A stretch of DNA of 64,000 bases, taken from NCBI RefSeq assembly GCF_046119375.1, contig NW_027362765.1, positions 434,186,001-434,250,000 of the forward strand. Direction: 5' to 3'. The notes beneath the pieces are model-generated. The model did not search any database. It had not been told where the DNA came from and saw only the letters and a program-made list of their open reading frames with translations. Shown here in pieces: positions 23,089 through 36,881 of the stretch (positions are counted from its first letter, which is position 1; each line of letters opens with the position of its first letter). The position numbers and the translations under genes are program-made. The DNA comes from Phyllobates terribilis (taxonomy: Eukaryota).

Positions 23089-23201
23089 CCAGCCAATAGT
23101 TTTGGCCTAATACCACAGTTTGGCCACTCAGCTCTGCTCGGTTACCATCCATTGTTTTTTGTGCAAACAACTCCAGAGTTGTGAATTAGTTAACCACCAA
23201 A

Positions 23202-26200
23202 ATGAGTGGAAAAAGGCCTGCTGCTGGTGGAAAGGGGAATAGGCGTGTTGGAAAGGGGAAAAAAGGTTGTGTCCGTGGGGTAGGTGCAGAAGAAAGACCA
23301 TCTTCCAGCCAAACTAAAATGTCTACTTCTTTTAGCGGACAATGTGATAAGATCCCTTTCTTACGGCCACGCCAATCGCTACAAATTCCAGATGAGGCAC
23401 AAAAACAGCAGGTGCTTCAACGGATATCAAGTGCTCCTTTAAGTGGGCTCTCCTCCACATCAACTTCAACATCACAAATACTCCAGTCCTCAAAGGTGTC
23501 ACCCAAATCGCACTTGCTTCCTCACAGCTCCCAAATCTCCAGCTGCCCGTCTGAGTATGAGGTAGAACAGATGGTTGAGTCTGCAGAGCTGTTTACTCAT
23601 ACTATAGCCTGGGAATCAGAGGTCGACTCCAGCGCTTCTGTGAATCCAGACGAGGAAATGATCTGCACTGATGCCCAGAATCTTTATGAGTCGGATCCAG
23701 GACCAGACGCAGAAGGTTCTGACCATAATGTAGACCCTCATTCCCAAACTGTAACTCCTGTTGGTGGAGACAATGAGGAAGACGATGATAAGACTCAAAT
23801 ACCTGATTGGAGCGACAACTTTAGTTTTTTGTCAGGGCAGGAACAGGTTGGCTCTGAGGACGACGGGTGTGATAACGCACAGGGTGATGATGATGAGGTC
23901 GGAGATCCCACTTACTGTCAACCCACAGTCAGCCAAGAGATGAGGTCAGCAGAGGAGGTGGAGGAAGATGCTAGTGACGACGAGGTCAGGTTGCGCCTTC
24001 CTGGACAGAGACGTAGTACTGGAAGCACGTCAACAACTGCATCCTCAAACACAACTCTGCCTCTCACCACAAGTCGTGGTGGCTCTTCAGGTCGCATGGG
24101 TGCTAAGCCTTGCATAGCCTGGGCATTTTTTCAGATCGATAAAGATGACCCAACTCGTGTTATCTGTAACATTTGTCAGCAAAAGCTAAGTAGAGGCCAA
24201 AAAATACATAGTTTGAGTACTTCATGCATGAACCGGCACATGGACATGAAGCATAAGTTGCAGTGGGAAGCTCAGTGTGCTACAATGCGGTCTAGCCGGC
24301 CGGGCCAACCACCGTCTGCCATATCTTGTGCATCCGCGGCCTCTTCATCCTCTGTGACTGGGGGGACAGCAGTCACACCTGTTTTGGGGCGCAGACCTGC
24401 CACCTCTTTACCCGCAACAGCCAGCGTGATTGGCAGGTCATCATTTTCTTTGGAGGTGGTAACACCAGCTGGTCTTGAGCGCTGTCCGACATCGATAGCA
24501 CCACCTTTGGATCAAGGCAACCTAACATGTCCGCCTGCATCTGCCTCACAGACCGGCAGTTTGCCGGGGACACCCTTATCAACCCCGTCTAAGCACAATA
24601 GCCAGCCCTCGGTCCCTCAGATGTGGACAAGTAAAAGACCATTTCCTCCTAGCCATGAGAAAGCTAAGAGGTTGAATTTCACCATCTGCAAGCTCTTGGC
24701 TACAGAAATGCTGCCTTTCCGCCTGGTGGACACAGAGGATTTTCGAGACCTTATGTCCGTCGCAGTGCCCCAGTACCAGATGCCCAGTCGGCACTACTTC
24801 TCAAAGAAAGGTGTGCCTGCGCTCCACCAGCATGTCGCACACAACATCACCGCTTCATTGAGAAACTCTGTGTGACAGGGTGTATTTCACCACAGACACT
24901 TGGACGAGTAGGCATGGACAGGGGCGTTACATGTCGCTGACTGGGCACTGGGTAACTATGGTGACAGCAGGACAAGGGGCTGCTGTCCAAGTCTTGCCGT
25001 CCCCACGAGTTGTGCGTCAATCCTCTTTATGTCATTTTTCCTCCACTGCTTCTGCCTCCTCAACCTCCTCTCGGTCTTCCACCTGCACCCAAAGCCTGTC
25101 TGGTCATGCCACAAGCTTTCTAACTGCGCAGAAGGGATCCTGCACACCTCCTTACTATGCTGGCAGTAGGGCTCAACGTCATCAGGCGGTTTTTACATTG
25201 AAATGTCTGGGAAATGTGAGTCACACAGCTGAGGAGTTGTGGTCAGCTCTGGAGAACCAATTTCATGAATGGTTGTCTCCACTGGACCTGAAACCAGGGA
25301 AGGCCGTGTGCGACAATGCTGCAAACCTGGGTGCGGCCCTTCGCCGGGGCAGTGTCACACACGTGCCTTGTATGGCTCACGTGTTGAACCTGGTTGTCCA
25401 GCAATTTTTAGCCCACTATCCCAGACTAGATGGCCTTCTGCAGAGGGCACGGTCGCTGTGTGCTCACTTCCGCCGTTCGCATCCCGCAGCTCAGCGACTT
25501 ACATCTCTACAGAAGTCGTTGGGCCTGCCACTTCACCGGCTAAAATGCGATGTGCCTACCCGGTGGAATTCAACTCTGCACATGTTGCAGCGACTGTGGC
25601 AGCACCGACAAGCCCTGGTGCAATACGTTCTGACGTATAGCCTGGGCCAACGAGATTCAGAGGTGGGGCAAATCACGCTGGAGGAGTGGTCTCAGATCAG
25701 GGACCTATGCACCCTTCTGCACAGTTTTGAAATGGCGACGAAGATGTTTAGTGCTGACGATGCCATTATCAGCATGACTATTCCGGTGATTTACATGCTG
25801 GAGCACATGTTAAACAGAATTCGGAGTCAGGTGGTGGCACAAGAGGAGGTGGAGGAAGTAGAGGAGGAGGAGTTGTATGCGGAAGGGCTAACATCTGCAA
25901 GGTCCAGACGGTCGGCAGCACCAGGGCGGCAGGCATGTGAGGGTGGGGGAGATGATTTTACCAGGGCGCATGGTAGCAGCCAAACTAGTGAGGAAGGTGC
26001 AGGAGCCCAGGAAGAAGTGGAGGACGAACTGATGGAAGACTCATCAGATGAGGGAGACCTTGATCACATTTCTGTTGTGCGAGGTTGGGGGGAGAGGACA
26101 GAGGAAGGAAGCATGATTGTTACCTCGCCACCAACACAACAGGGACTTGGTGCTCCTGGATGCGCAACACACATGAGTGCCTTCTTGCTGCACTACCTGC

Positions 26201-26880
26201 AACATGACCCTCGAATTGTGAGAATTAGAAATAATCCTGACTACTGGGTTGCCACACTGTTAGATCCCCAGTACAAAAGTAAATTTGCAGAAATTATTCC
26301 TGCCATAGAAAGGGATGCACGCATGCAGGAGTATCAGCAGAGACTGTTGCAGAATCTTACATGTGCTTTTCCACAAAATACCAGTGGTGCACGTAGTGAA
26401 TCTCACAGTTCCAACTTGCCAACCGTGGGACCGTCAAGTGTTCAGCACTCAAACCGTAACAGAACCACAGTATCTGCTGGTAACATCAATTTTGCGGAAT
26501 CATTTCACCACTTTTTTAGCCCATCCTTTGCAAGGCCACAGGAGACAAGAAGTCTGACACATAGTCAACGCCTAGAGACGATGGTACAGGAGTATCTCCA
26601 AGTAAACATTGAAGCCACGACTGTGTCACTGGACCCTTGCTCTTTTTGGGCTTCCAATCTGGATAAATGGCCGGAGCTAGCCACTTACGCCTTGGAGATC
26701 TTGTCATGCCCCGCAGCCAGCGTTCTGTCTGAACGTGTGTTCAGCGCTGCTGGTGGTGTGCTGACAGATAAGCGCACGCGGCTCTCCACTGATAATGTAG
26801 ACAGACTCACGTTCATAAAGATGAACAAATCATGGATCCGAAACGACTTTTCTACCCCTGTGTCATCCTGGGGAGAGTAA
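23202..26880 (+). pseudogene. hAT transposase, copy 2, with a single frameshift
   Basis: ORFs 23202-24875 and 24880-26880. A 2-bp loss in the (TG)n run at ~24870 (GTG TGA CAG versus GTG TGT GAC) splits it. Also has a 21-bp in-frame N-terminal deletion. Confidence 0.92.
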
Positions 26881-27204
26881 AAGCTTGATGATTGGTTAAA
26901 ATCACCCTACCAACCGTTTTAAGCTTTCAAATTACTAATCATGTTTATCTGTATCTTGACTGGAAAATAATTTGGGCTTTGTAGCAGTGTGCAGCACTGA
27001 TCCTATTAGGCCATCTATAATAAGCTTCACCAGATTTAAAATTAAAAATAATTTTTAGCTGCATCTAGCCCGGAAAATAATTTTGGGGCTCCGAGATGCG
27101 CAAGACACATAAGTGCCTTCTTGCTGCACTACCTGCAGCATGACCCTCATATTGTCAGAATTCGAAGTAATCATGACTACTGGGTTGCCACACTCTTAGA
27201 TCCC

Positions 27205-28579
27205 CCAAACTTTTCGATCAACCTTTTCATTTTAATAAAGACCAAAAAAATGGTCATTTTTGAAATTATAAGCATTAGCAGGTTGTTAGAAACTGAAATC
27301 AAACAGTTTTCAACTCAAAACTTTATTCTAGGTGATGTTACATTTTCACATAGGACGCCTTGTTCGAAAGGAGCTTCTGAACTCTCTCGTCCATTGAATT
27401 TGTCAGGTTTTGGATGGTTTCTGCTTCAATTGTTTTGCATGAGGACAGAATACCCTCCCAGAGCTGTTGCTTAGATGTGAACTGCCTCCCGCCATCATAG
27501 ACACTCCTTTTAATGATGCTCCAAAGGTTCTGAATGGGGTAGAGGTCAGGGGAGCATGGGGGTCACACCATAAGTTTGTCCCCTTTTATGCCCATATCAG
27601 CCAGAGATGCAGATGTTTTATGTGCAGCATGAGATGGTGCATTATCATGCAGAAAAATGATCTTGCTGTGAAATACACGGTTCTTCTTCTTGAACCATGG
27701 CAGGAAGTGCTGTTTGAGAAAATCCACATACATTATGGAGTTCATCTTTAGCGCCTTCAGGGATCCTAAAGGGGCCGACAATCTCTCTCCCCATGATTCC
27801 AGCCCAAAACATTACTCCACCTCCTCCTTGTTGGCGCTGTAGCCGTGTTTGCGTGGGGTGTCCATCAACCAGCCATCCTCCACTCCATTCATCTGGACCA
27901 TCGAGCGCTGCACGGCACTCATCCGTGAACAAAACAGTTTTGAAATCAGTCTTCATGTAATGTTTGGCCCACTGGAGCCGTTTCTGCTTGTGTGAAGTGG
28001 ATAGAGGAGGTCGACAGGATGGCGTATGCACAGCTGCAAACCTCTGAAGTACCCTGCATCTTGTTGTTTGGGGGACGTTGGAGGCACAAGCAGCTTCAAA
28101 AACTTGTCTGCTGCTATGACAAGGCTTATTTGCCGCTGCTCTTTCAACCTGACGTAATTGCCTGTAGGAAAGAGTCCTCAATTTGCCCTTATCAGCACGC
28201 ACACGTGTGTACTGTGAATCAGCTACATACTTCTTGATTGCCAAGACACTTCATCCTGATCATCGCACAATGTTGATTGTAGTCATGCCTTGACCTAAAC
28301 ACTCCACAATTTGTTGCTTCTCAGCAGCCGACACATCCTTTTTCTTTCCCATTTTGGCAGAAAATGTAGGCTGCTTAATAATGTGAGAGAGCCTTCTTAA
28401 GTAGTCTTGCCTTTCATTGGACACACCTGCCAAACTAATTAGCACAGGTGTCTGCAATTGCTTACAGTGATATAAAGAGCCCTGACACACATCACCATCA
28501 ATGAGTTTAACTGACAAACAAACAAATTCTTCCCTTATCACTCCTAAACACTTTTTGCATAATAATTTGGAACGCGGTG
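27205..28579 (-). mobile_element. DD37E Tc1 element inside hAT copy 2
   Basis: Mirror of 9351-10723. TIR ends at 28579 followed by TA. ORF fragments 28260-28598, 27645-28244 and 27563-27781. Confidence 0.85.
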
Positions 28580-28659
28580 TACATGTGCTTTTCCACAAAA
28601 CACCAGTGGTTCACGTAGTGAATCTTACAGTTCTAACTTGCCAACCGTGGTCTGTATGG

Positions 28660-30472
28660 AATTGTTCAATAAAGGGCCCAAAATTAAGATAACATAGATG
28701 GGAGAGATCTCTATGAATAGGAATTCCTAAGTATTTGATACCCTGTGAGGGCCAGGCAAAGGGAAAGTTGGACTGGATGGAATCCTATATGGATTTAGGG
28801 AGGGAGACATCGAGGGCCTCAGACTTCGCTGCATTGATTTTAAAATTTTACCATGTAACAAAGTGATCTATTTCAGCCATAACAGCAGGGACGGATATAT
28901 GTGATTGAGTGATATATACTAGGACATCATCAGCAAATAGAGAGCACTTGTACTCGGTGCCTCCCACCTCAATCCACCTAATATTGGGGTTATGGCGAAT
29001 TGATGAGAGCAGGTGCTCCGTCACTAGGATGTATAAGAGAGGGGACAGAGGACATCCCTGCCTTGTCCCATTGGTGATTGTGAAAGGTGATGAAAATGTT
29101 CTGACGCACCCCCTGGGCCTTGGGACACCCGGAGCCGGACCCTTTTTGGTGGATGCTGGTGGTTGTAGTCTTCGTGGCGGCGATCCGGTTCCGTGGCTCA
29201 GGGCGGTCAAACCAGTGGCGGAACTATTTATGTGGTTTTGATGTTTAAATGTCCGACTACGCCACCCGTGGATTGCGGTCAGAGTGAACCGCCGCTACAG
29301 GGCAGACCGCTAAGGCTGGTGTTGTGGGTGCAGCAGAGCGTAGCATAACTCCCCACGGGAGGAGTATAGCCTCAGGGCAGTGTATGCGGAGGATGGGGGT
29401 GATGGTGCAGGGCAGCAGCAGTAACGACACGGAGTCAGTGATGCAGTTCAGGGCCTTTACTCACAGTTCTTATTATCCAGACCACGTCTGCAGTAACGGC
29501 TGCCCACGTCGTACTGTGCTCACCAGGTGAGGGGCTCAGACAACTCCCAGATAACTTTGGAGCGCTTCACAGGACCCCCTTTGTGTGTCCTTTGTCTGGC
29601 CTTTCTTACCAACACTTCTGTCCGGCTGCCTCGGGCCTCCTCTTGGTAAACTTGGCGCCAGTTTCCCTGACCCTATGTGGTGCCTTCCTAGCGGGTGGAG
29701 CAAGGGGCTGCGCCACATAAAATGTCAGAGCCTCCGGTTTCTAGCTGAGGGTCGTTTCCTGCCTCCACTAGTTCGGGGACCGGTCTCCCCCTTTGGCCTG
29801 ACCCCTCCACGCAGGTGGATTCGGGCGTGCGGTGGCGACTCGCCCGTCCGCACCCCTGGGATCCCTTCATTCCTCGTTCCTGGAGCCTTCTCCGCTCCTC
29901 TTCCTTCCTTCTCCCTCTTGCAGGCCTGGGCCTCTGTTACTAGGCCCGCCTCCGGAGCAGAGCTCATGCAGAGCCCCTGCTCCCTGCCACTTCTGCTCAG
30001 ACTTCTCTGCACTGAACTAAGATGGTGCCCACCTTTTATACTCCCTTCTCAATGCACCCAGGAACTGCTTCCTCCCTGCTCCTGCACTGCAGGGTTCCCC
30101 TTCCTCAGTGTTCCCTCCCCCCACTCCAGCCAGGGACAGGGACTGTCGTGCCCATCTCAGGGGCATATTGGTCGCCCTGCCCCACGGCAATGTGGTGTAA
30201 TGCATGCAGGTGTCGGGTCCTGATCCACACTCCATCCTTATCTGAGAGTGAGATATCACACCTCTGGGTGAGGTGCAATACGTCTGTAGCAACCGAGCCC
30301 TCGGTGCTACAGTTCCATTTATCTTCAGCCTAGGTGACGTATTGTGATACAGGGCCGTGATTTTGGCTATAAAAGGGGCCCTAGACCCCTACCCCAAGCT
30401 TTTTAAGAGAATCATATATGGCGTGCCAGGAGACTCTATGGAATGCTTTCTCAGCATCCAACGAGAGTATCT
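28660..30472 (-). pseudogene. L1 RT fragment interrupted by a solo LTR (copy 2)
   Basis: GTRQGCPLSPLL...FADD (ORF 28848-29210). Mirror of 7455-9280. Confidence 0.85.
29102..30311 (-). mobile_element. Solo LTR (1210 bp), 4-bp TSD GTTC
   Basis: TGACGCACC...GGTGCTACA, with GTTC at 29098-29101 and 30312-30315. Confidence 0.88.
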
Positions 30473-30581
30473 ACTTACAAATTTTTAACTGCATCTAGCC
30501 CACGAAATACTTTGTGCCTAGTAGCAGTGTCTGCTAGTCAGCGGATTATCCCGGCTGTTAAGCAAGCTACACCACCTGTAG

Positions 30582-30850
30582 TTTGGACACTTAATTTTTT
30601 CAAAGGAAATGCTACGGGACCACGGGATACTTAGTGAAGAGCATCAGGAGGCACCCCAAGGCATAGGGGCTGGGACTGGCACTAGGATGCCTTGCGGTGG
30701 ACAGCCGAGCTCGATACTTATAAAAGCTTTTTAACTGCAGCAGCTTTAGTGGACGCTACTGGAGCTGGAATTACGCGGCTGCTGGCATGAGACTTGCCCT
30801 CCAATAGATCCTTGTAAATGGATTTAAAGTGTATTCATTCAAATTAGAGG
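30582..30850 (-). rRNA. 18S rRNA-derived fragment (degenerate) inside hAT copy 2
   Basis: Reverse complement of the 7075-7343 fragment (CTGGAATTACGCGGCTGCTGGCATGAGACTTGCCCTCCAATAGATCC). Confidence 0.9.
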
Positions 30851-32899
30851 GACAATTTAAATTAAAAAGCTTAGAGCTGCCTCCACCACAGGGGGGCTCT
30901 CTCGACCCACCAGCGGACAGGCACCAGTATTGGGAGAGGGGGGCTGGCCGTCAGGGTTCACCGCGGCTCTGGCACAAACCCGGCGACACGGAGGTGGCAC
31001 GGGCAGGAGCGGACTGGCCGTCTCGGCTTCTCACTTTTTGGATTTTAGAAGGGCATGACATGCCTATATCTATGTCTCCCCCTCCTTTTACTCCTCCACC
31101 TCTTTTCTTTTCGCATGACTATATGTACTTGTCACTTTTCCATGTGTTAGTTGTGTCTTCTGAGCAGTTTGTCAGCTTTTGGACACCTTTGAAGGTGTTT
31201 TCTATGTGTTTCTATGTGTTTTTGTTTGCCTGCCATTGGTTTTAACGGTGTTCGAAGGTGTTCGACGAACAGTTCGACGAACAGTTCGGCGAACACACGG
31301 GTGTTCGACGAACCGAACCGAACTCGAACACTACGGGGGTGGCTCAACACTATTTACCAATTCATCTAAATCCTTAGTGACATATGACTTATTGGTATGT
31401 CTTATGTCGGCCCCTTAAATTTGATGCAGGCCCAGCTCAGCTGTTAATTCGGCTGTTAACCTGTAAAATATTGCTGTCAAGTGTGATTTACAGCAGACAT
31501 CTTGTAAGGCGCGTTGTCCTAACCACACATCAGTAGTGCACTCACAAGGCGATCTTGAGCGGGTGTCAAATAGGTTGTCATGTGGTGCCAGGTATCTGGT
31601 GCCTTATTTATAACAGTTATACTCAGGCTAAAAATACCTGTTACCTCCCATTTAATGTATTGGGGCTGGGACTTTGTCTTGGTTTCCTTTCCAATTTTCC
31701 TCAACCAACTTTCCTTTCTAACGAGTGTTGGGATTTTGCATTTTACCCATTGCCATGATATATATTTACATCTATGCTTTGTATTTGGGCATCCTTTATT
31801 TTCTTTTGGGCAAATTTTTTTTATTCACCTCTTTAGTCACCAAAAATGTGAATTTTTTGGAAACGTGACATTATATTGAACTTTAGTGTGTTCCTTATAG
31901 TGGTGATAATGATTCCTGTGATATCCTTTTTTAACAAGAGAAACATCTGTCTTTATTACATTGAATAAATCATCCACTATCCACACTTTTAAACTCTTTG
32001 TTTAACTCTGTCATCAAAAGAAGGGGTGTCTATAGCCATAATTAAAATAATATCTGTGGAGATAGGGGGCAGTGGGTGCATTCTTCCGCACCAGGGCTCA
32101 TCCCACTGGTGCGGACTCCTTTTCCCATAGGCATAATACTACTCAGACAACACAGGGTGAAAGTAAAACAGTGTGTCAATACTTTATAGAGCCACCAAAC
32201 AGACAATAACATATAGAACATTCCCAGTAAAATACTCAAGATTGTGCAAAGTTACAGAGTCTCACTTTCCACTGACTCACTGGGATTAGAGCAGCTGCGA
32301 ATCTGAGGCTTCCAGAACTGACAACCCCCACTAGTGGCACCACGCTTTTGGCGGGCACCCACAGAGTGGAGGTAATGACAAGCTTAGGAAGCTGACAGTC
32401 CATTTAGGAACTTGGCCAGGCAACAGTATGATGCCCAACCTAGCTACTTTGAACGTCTCCACTGAGCCAGGTCACCGAATTGTCCCAACCTGAATTCTCC
32501 AAATGTATCCCTGGGGGTCAAGTGACTGGAGGTTCAATGTTATTCAATGGAGTAGATATGTGTTATTCCTGCTGGGGCTGTGGTCCCCAAAACTGACATC
32601 CTGTAGAAAGTCAAAACTATATCCCTCTTAATGGAGCCATGTTGTCCTACTTGTTGCTCTGGCAATTCACTCTGATTACTTTTTCAGAACTATAGAAATC
32701 CTTTTTTATACCCACATCTATGTCTCCGGTCATCATCCACAGATCAGGGGGGAGGTGGAATGAGTTTCACTCTCATCGTTTGAGAATTTAATCGATCTAC
32801 ATAGTTTGTTCTTCTCTGTTTTGTGGGTCAACAAGCCACAGGGTCCACACAATGGTCAATCAAAAACATGCATTGTTCACAGACCCTGTAAATATCAAC

Positions 32900-33862
32900 T
32901 CAAGTGTCAATATGCAGAAATGCTCCGGATTTTTCCTGAGTGTTTATGCATCTCCCTGGCAGAAAAAACGCATGCAGATTTTACATGCATTTTTTTTCTG
33001 CCAGGTAGAAGCGTTTGTCAAGCATTTTTAACATGCATTTCCGCACGTGTTTTGTCAAGAGCTTTTCCAAGTGATTTTGAGCATCACTTGGAAAAGTGCT
33101 TAACATCTTGGTCACAAAATATAAATCCATGCAACCGCCATGGATATATATTTTGTGACCATCTGCTTCTTTAAATGCAGCATCTATAGTAAAATAAAAA
33201 GAATTAAAATGTAAAAAAAAAGACAAAAAAACATTATACTCACCTTCTGATGGCCCCCGATTTCCTCAGCGATGTGTCCTGGCTACCCGGCGGCTCTTGA
33301 TGGTGTAAATGGACCTGCCGTGACATCATTTTGTCATGTGACAGGTCACGCGTCCGCCGACGTCAGCGGTCGAGTGACCAGTACATGACTAAATGACGTC
33401 ATGGAAAGTCCTTTTACACCATCGCAAACCACCGGGGAGCCAGAACGCATCGCTGAGGAGACCTGGTGCCATCAGAAGGTGAGTATAATGTTTTATTTCA
33501 TTTTAATTATTTTTTAACTACAGGTACTATGGTACCTGGGTCTGGAGGAGAGTCTTCTCTTCTCCAGACCTGGGTACCATCTGCGCATTGAATCGCATAA
33601 CATCCGCATGCATACTTGTATGCATGCAGATGTTATGCAGTTCAATGCAAGTCAATGGCGGCGATTTTGCCAAATTAGTGGACATGCTGCGGATTTTTCC
33701 GCAATAATCATCCGCAGCGGAAATTTCTGCAGCATGTGCACAGCACATGCTGATTATCATTGGGAAACATGGCAGACAACTTAACATGAGATTTTAATGC
33801 GTTTTCGCAGCAGAAATGCAGCCGTGGAAACGTATTAAATCCGCATTGTGTGGACGCAGCCT
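32900..33862. mobile_element. Palindromic MITE-like element
   Basis: Internal inverted arms AACATTATACTCACCTTCTGATGGC...CCTCAGCGATG (~33230-33275) and CATCGCTGAGG...GCCATCAGAAGGTGAGTATAATGTT (~33448-33492). Right end TGTGTGGACGCAGCCT. Absent from the paralogous intron. Left end uncertain. Confidence 0.55.
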
Positions 33863-34825
33863 ACAAGTAAAGGTATCACACAAAGTAGCACATAGACATC
33901 ATGGGTTTTGCAGAACAAAAAAATGCACTCTAACATATAAGCAAAGGACATAGGTTATCATAGTGGATAGACTGCGGTAGAAACCTATAAATCAATAAAT
34001 AAAAAAAATACAAGTGCCTTTTTAATAGGTTCTTCCTATATTATCCAGAGTTATTATTTATTGTAGCCATTAACATTGCAGATTTGTATGGGAAGTGCAT
34101 ATTCATTCAAAGTAGTCACATTCAAGATAGTCACATAGTAGTACTTGCAGTCTTTAGATAGTGAGCCTGTGTGTCTGAGCCACCACCCAGACACACACAG
34201 GCTTAGACACACACAGCCCAGATACAATCGGCCAATCAGTGACCACTTTGCTCTCCCTTCTTTGGACAAATCAAATATCCAGAGGAAATTAGAGCTGTGG
34301 CTGGAATCTCAAGCCCCCACGGGAGGTGAGTATAGATGGTACTATTTGATAAGGGGAAAACACGGTGAATGAGAATGGGTTATCGTAGTAGTGGACAACA
34401 TTTTTAACTCCTGTCTCTGATTTTCCTTCTCTTGGTATAGTGTTGTACTCCTTAGTTACACTGGTACCAGAGTCTGATTCTAAAGCTTTACTTAATTTTG
34501 TTTCCACTTATAGACGTTCTCCATTTAATAAATTCTTAACCTCCTTCAAGTGTTATCTTCAGCTTCATTCTTAATATGCTCTTTTAAGTTAAAGGAGAAA
34601 ATGCACTCCTGTAACACATCTATGGTGGAAGGATGGCAGGGTCCAGACTGCTCGCATCCCGATTCAGACCGCAGTTGTCCAGTTCAGTGCCCCTGGCCAT
34701 CAGTGTAGCCTTATCATTGTTTATTACACATTTTTATAATGTTTCATGCAGAATGGGAATACTTTTTTGACAATATTTCAGTGAATTATTTTTGGAAATG
34801 ACCATATTCCTTATCATTTTTTTAG

Positions 34826-35143
34826 GTTCAGACATGTCTTTAAGACTGGTAAATGGCAATGGTCAATGTAATGGCCGTGTTGAAATCCTTTATAATGGAG
34901 CATGGGGAACTGTGTGCGATGATTATTGGGATATTAATGCTGCAGAAGTTGTATGCCGGCAGTTAAATTGTGGCCAAGCTCTTGCATTTAATGGCAGTGC
35001 TGCATTTGGCCAAGGACAAGGATTAATTGTATTGGATGATGTGCAATGTACTGGTAATGAACTACACGTATGGGACTGTCCACACCAACCATTTACAGTA
35101 CATAACTGTGGACACAATGAAGATGCTGGAGTCGTCTGCTCAG
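34826..35143 (+). CDS. Exon encoding group B SRCR domain A2
   Basis: AG at 34824-5 and GT at 35144-5. 318 bp, phase 1-1, 8 Cys. Three aa differences from A1. Confidence 0.92.
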
Positions 35144-35677
35144 GTATATTTGAATGGATTAAATCCTATGTAGTCATCTGTTATCCTATCATGTTGTTTG
35201 CATAGATGTTCAAGTTGAGCATATTTTCAAACTTTCTAACACTAAGGGCGCCTCATACAATAAATAGCTTTTCTTAATAAAATCTTAATGGACTGAGGTA
35301 CTTTGGTTCCTTCCATATTGTATCCCAATTAGTAAGTGGTTTTATGTGGGAGTAGAATTCCTTTGTGAGGTCATCAACACCCCAATAATGGAATCCTGAT
35401 GGGTTTTTCAACAGTAGCAATGATCTAACAAAGAACATTTTAAACTTTCAACGCTTCTCATTATAATTTTATTTTAGAAATGTTATTATTTTTTCTAAAT
35501 GAATTATCAATAGAGATTACCATTAATTATCCAGATAGATTAGGGTCCCAGGGGTGAGACTTGAATCTGTTATACAATAATGACATATCCAATTAATAAA
35601 TGTGTTAGTTGGGAATATACCCTTGAGATAATGTATGGTAGATTGTTTTTGGAAGTCACTGATTATCTTTTTCTTTG

Positions 35678-35862
35678 GACGTGGTTTTGAGACTGATAAA
35701 AGATAGTGGTTTTGTGGAAATCCTCTTTAATGAATCATGAGGTACTAGTTATGATAATTACTGTCATACAAGGGATGCACAAGTTGTATGCCAGTGGTTA
35801 GAGTTTGGCAATGCTCTTATATTTCAAAACAATGCTGCTTTTTGCCAAGAGCAAGGAGTCAT
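35678..35862 (+). pseudogene. Degenerate SRCR pseudo-exon (paralog of 19521-19706)
   Basis: VEILFNES*...DAQVVCQWLEFGNALIFQNNAAFCQEQGVI, followed by the same repeat fragment (35862-36515). Confidence 0.65.
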
Positions 35863-36563
35863 ATTTTTACAAAAAAATTCTCTTTTAGCTCCAAATTTTG
35901 CATTTTTACAAGGGTAACAGAAGAATATGCATAAAAAAATATGTTGTGCAATTTCTCCTGAGTATGTAGATACCTCAGATATGGTGGAAAGGTACTATTT
36001 GGTCGCATGGCAGGGCTAGAAAGGGAAGGAGCGCTATTTGGCTTTTGGAACTTAAAATTGTCTGGAATCTTTAGCGGATGTAATATCCCATTTGGAGAGC
36101 CCCTGATGTACCTAAACAGAGGAATTTCCCCCTATTTAGGAAATTACACCCCTCCAGAAATTAATCTAGATGTGTGGTGAACACTTTGAACCCCCAGGTG
36201 CTTCACAGAATTTTATAACGTTGAGCCGTGACAATAAAAAAATCAAACTTTTCCGACAAAAATGTGGTTTAGCCCAATTTTTTTTTATTTTACAAGTGAA
36301 ACAAGATATATGGTGTAATTTAACTTTTTTTTACAATTTCTCTTGTGTACACTGATACCCCATATGTGGAAAAAAAAATAATGTTTGTTCGCACGCCAGG
36401 GCTCAGAAGTGAAGGAGAGTTATTTGACGTTTTGAACTCAAAATTGGCTGAAATCGTTGGTTGATGCCATGTCGCATTTGGAGAGCCCCTGATGTGCCTA
36501 AACAGTGAAAACTTCCACAGAAAATTGATTTTGGAAATGACCATTCTACCTTTTTTATTTCAG

Positions 36564-36881
36564 GTTTAGACATGTCTTTAAGACTGGTAAATGGCAATGG
36601 TCAATGTAACGGTCGAGTTGAAATCCTCTATAACGGAGCATGGGGAACTGTGTGTGATGATTATTGGGATATTAATGCTGCACAAGTTGTATGCCGACAG
36701 TTAAACTGTGGCCAAGCTCTTGCATTTAATGGCAGTGCTGCATTTGGCCAAGGACAAGGACTAATTGTATTGGATGATGTGCAATGTTCCGGCAATGAAC
36801 AACACGTATGGGACTGTCCACACCAACCATTTACAGTACATAACTGTGGACACAATGAAGATGCTGGCGTCGTCTGCTCAG
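36564..36881 (+). CDS. Exon encoding group B SRCR domain B2
   Basis: AG at 36562-3 and GT at 36882-3. 318 bp, phase 1-1, 8 Cys. Two aa differences from B1. Confidence 0.92.

Larger units (their letters stand above)
21004..31352 (+). mobile_element. Composite hAT DNA transposon, copy 2 (10349 bp), inverted relative to copy 1
   Basis: TAGAGATGAGCG at 21004 and GGCTCAACACTA ending at 31352. Perfect 8-bp TSD TTTACCAA at 20996-21003 and 31353-31360. Same cargo order as copy 1. Confidence 0.95.

Noticed and set aside
29585-30333. ORFs of up to 212 aa in the solo LTR (also 7589-8344 and 63122-63919)
   Set aside because: No recognisable domains, reading frames differ between copies, and GC-rich LTR sequence gives chance ORFs.
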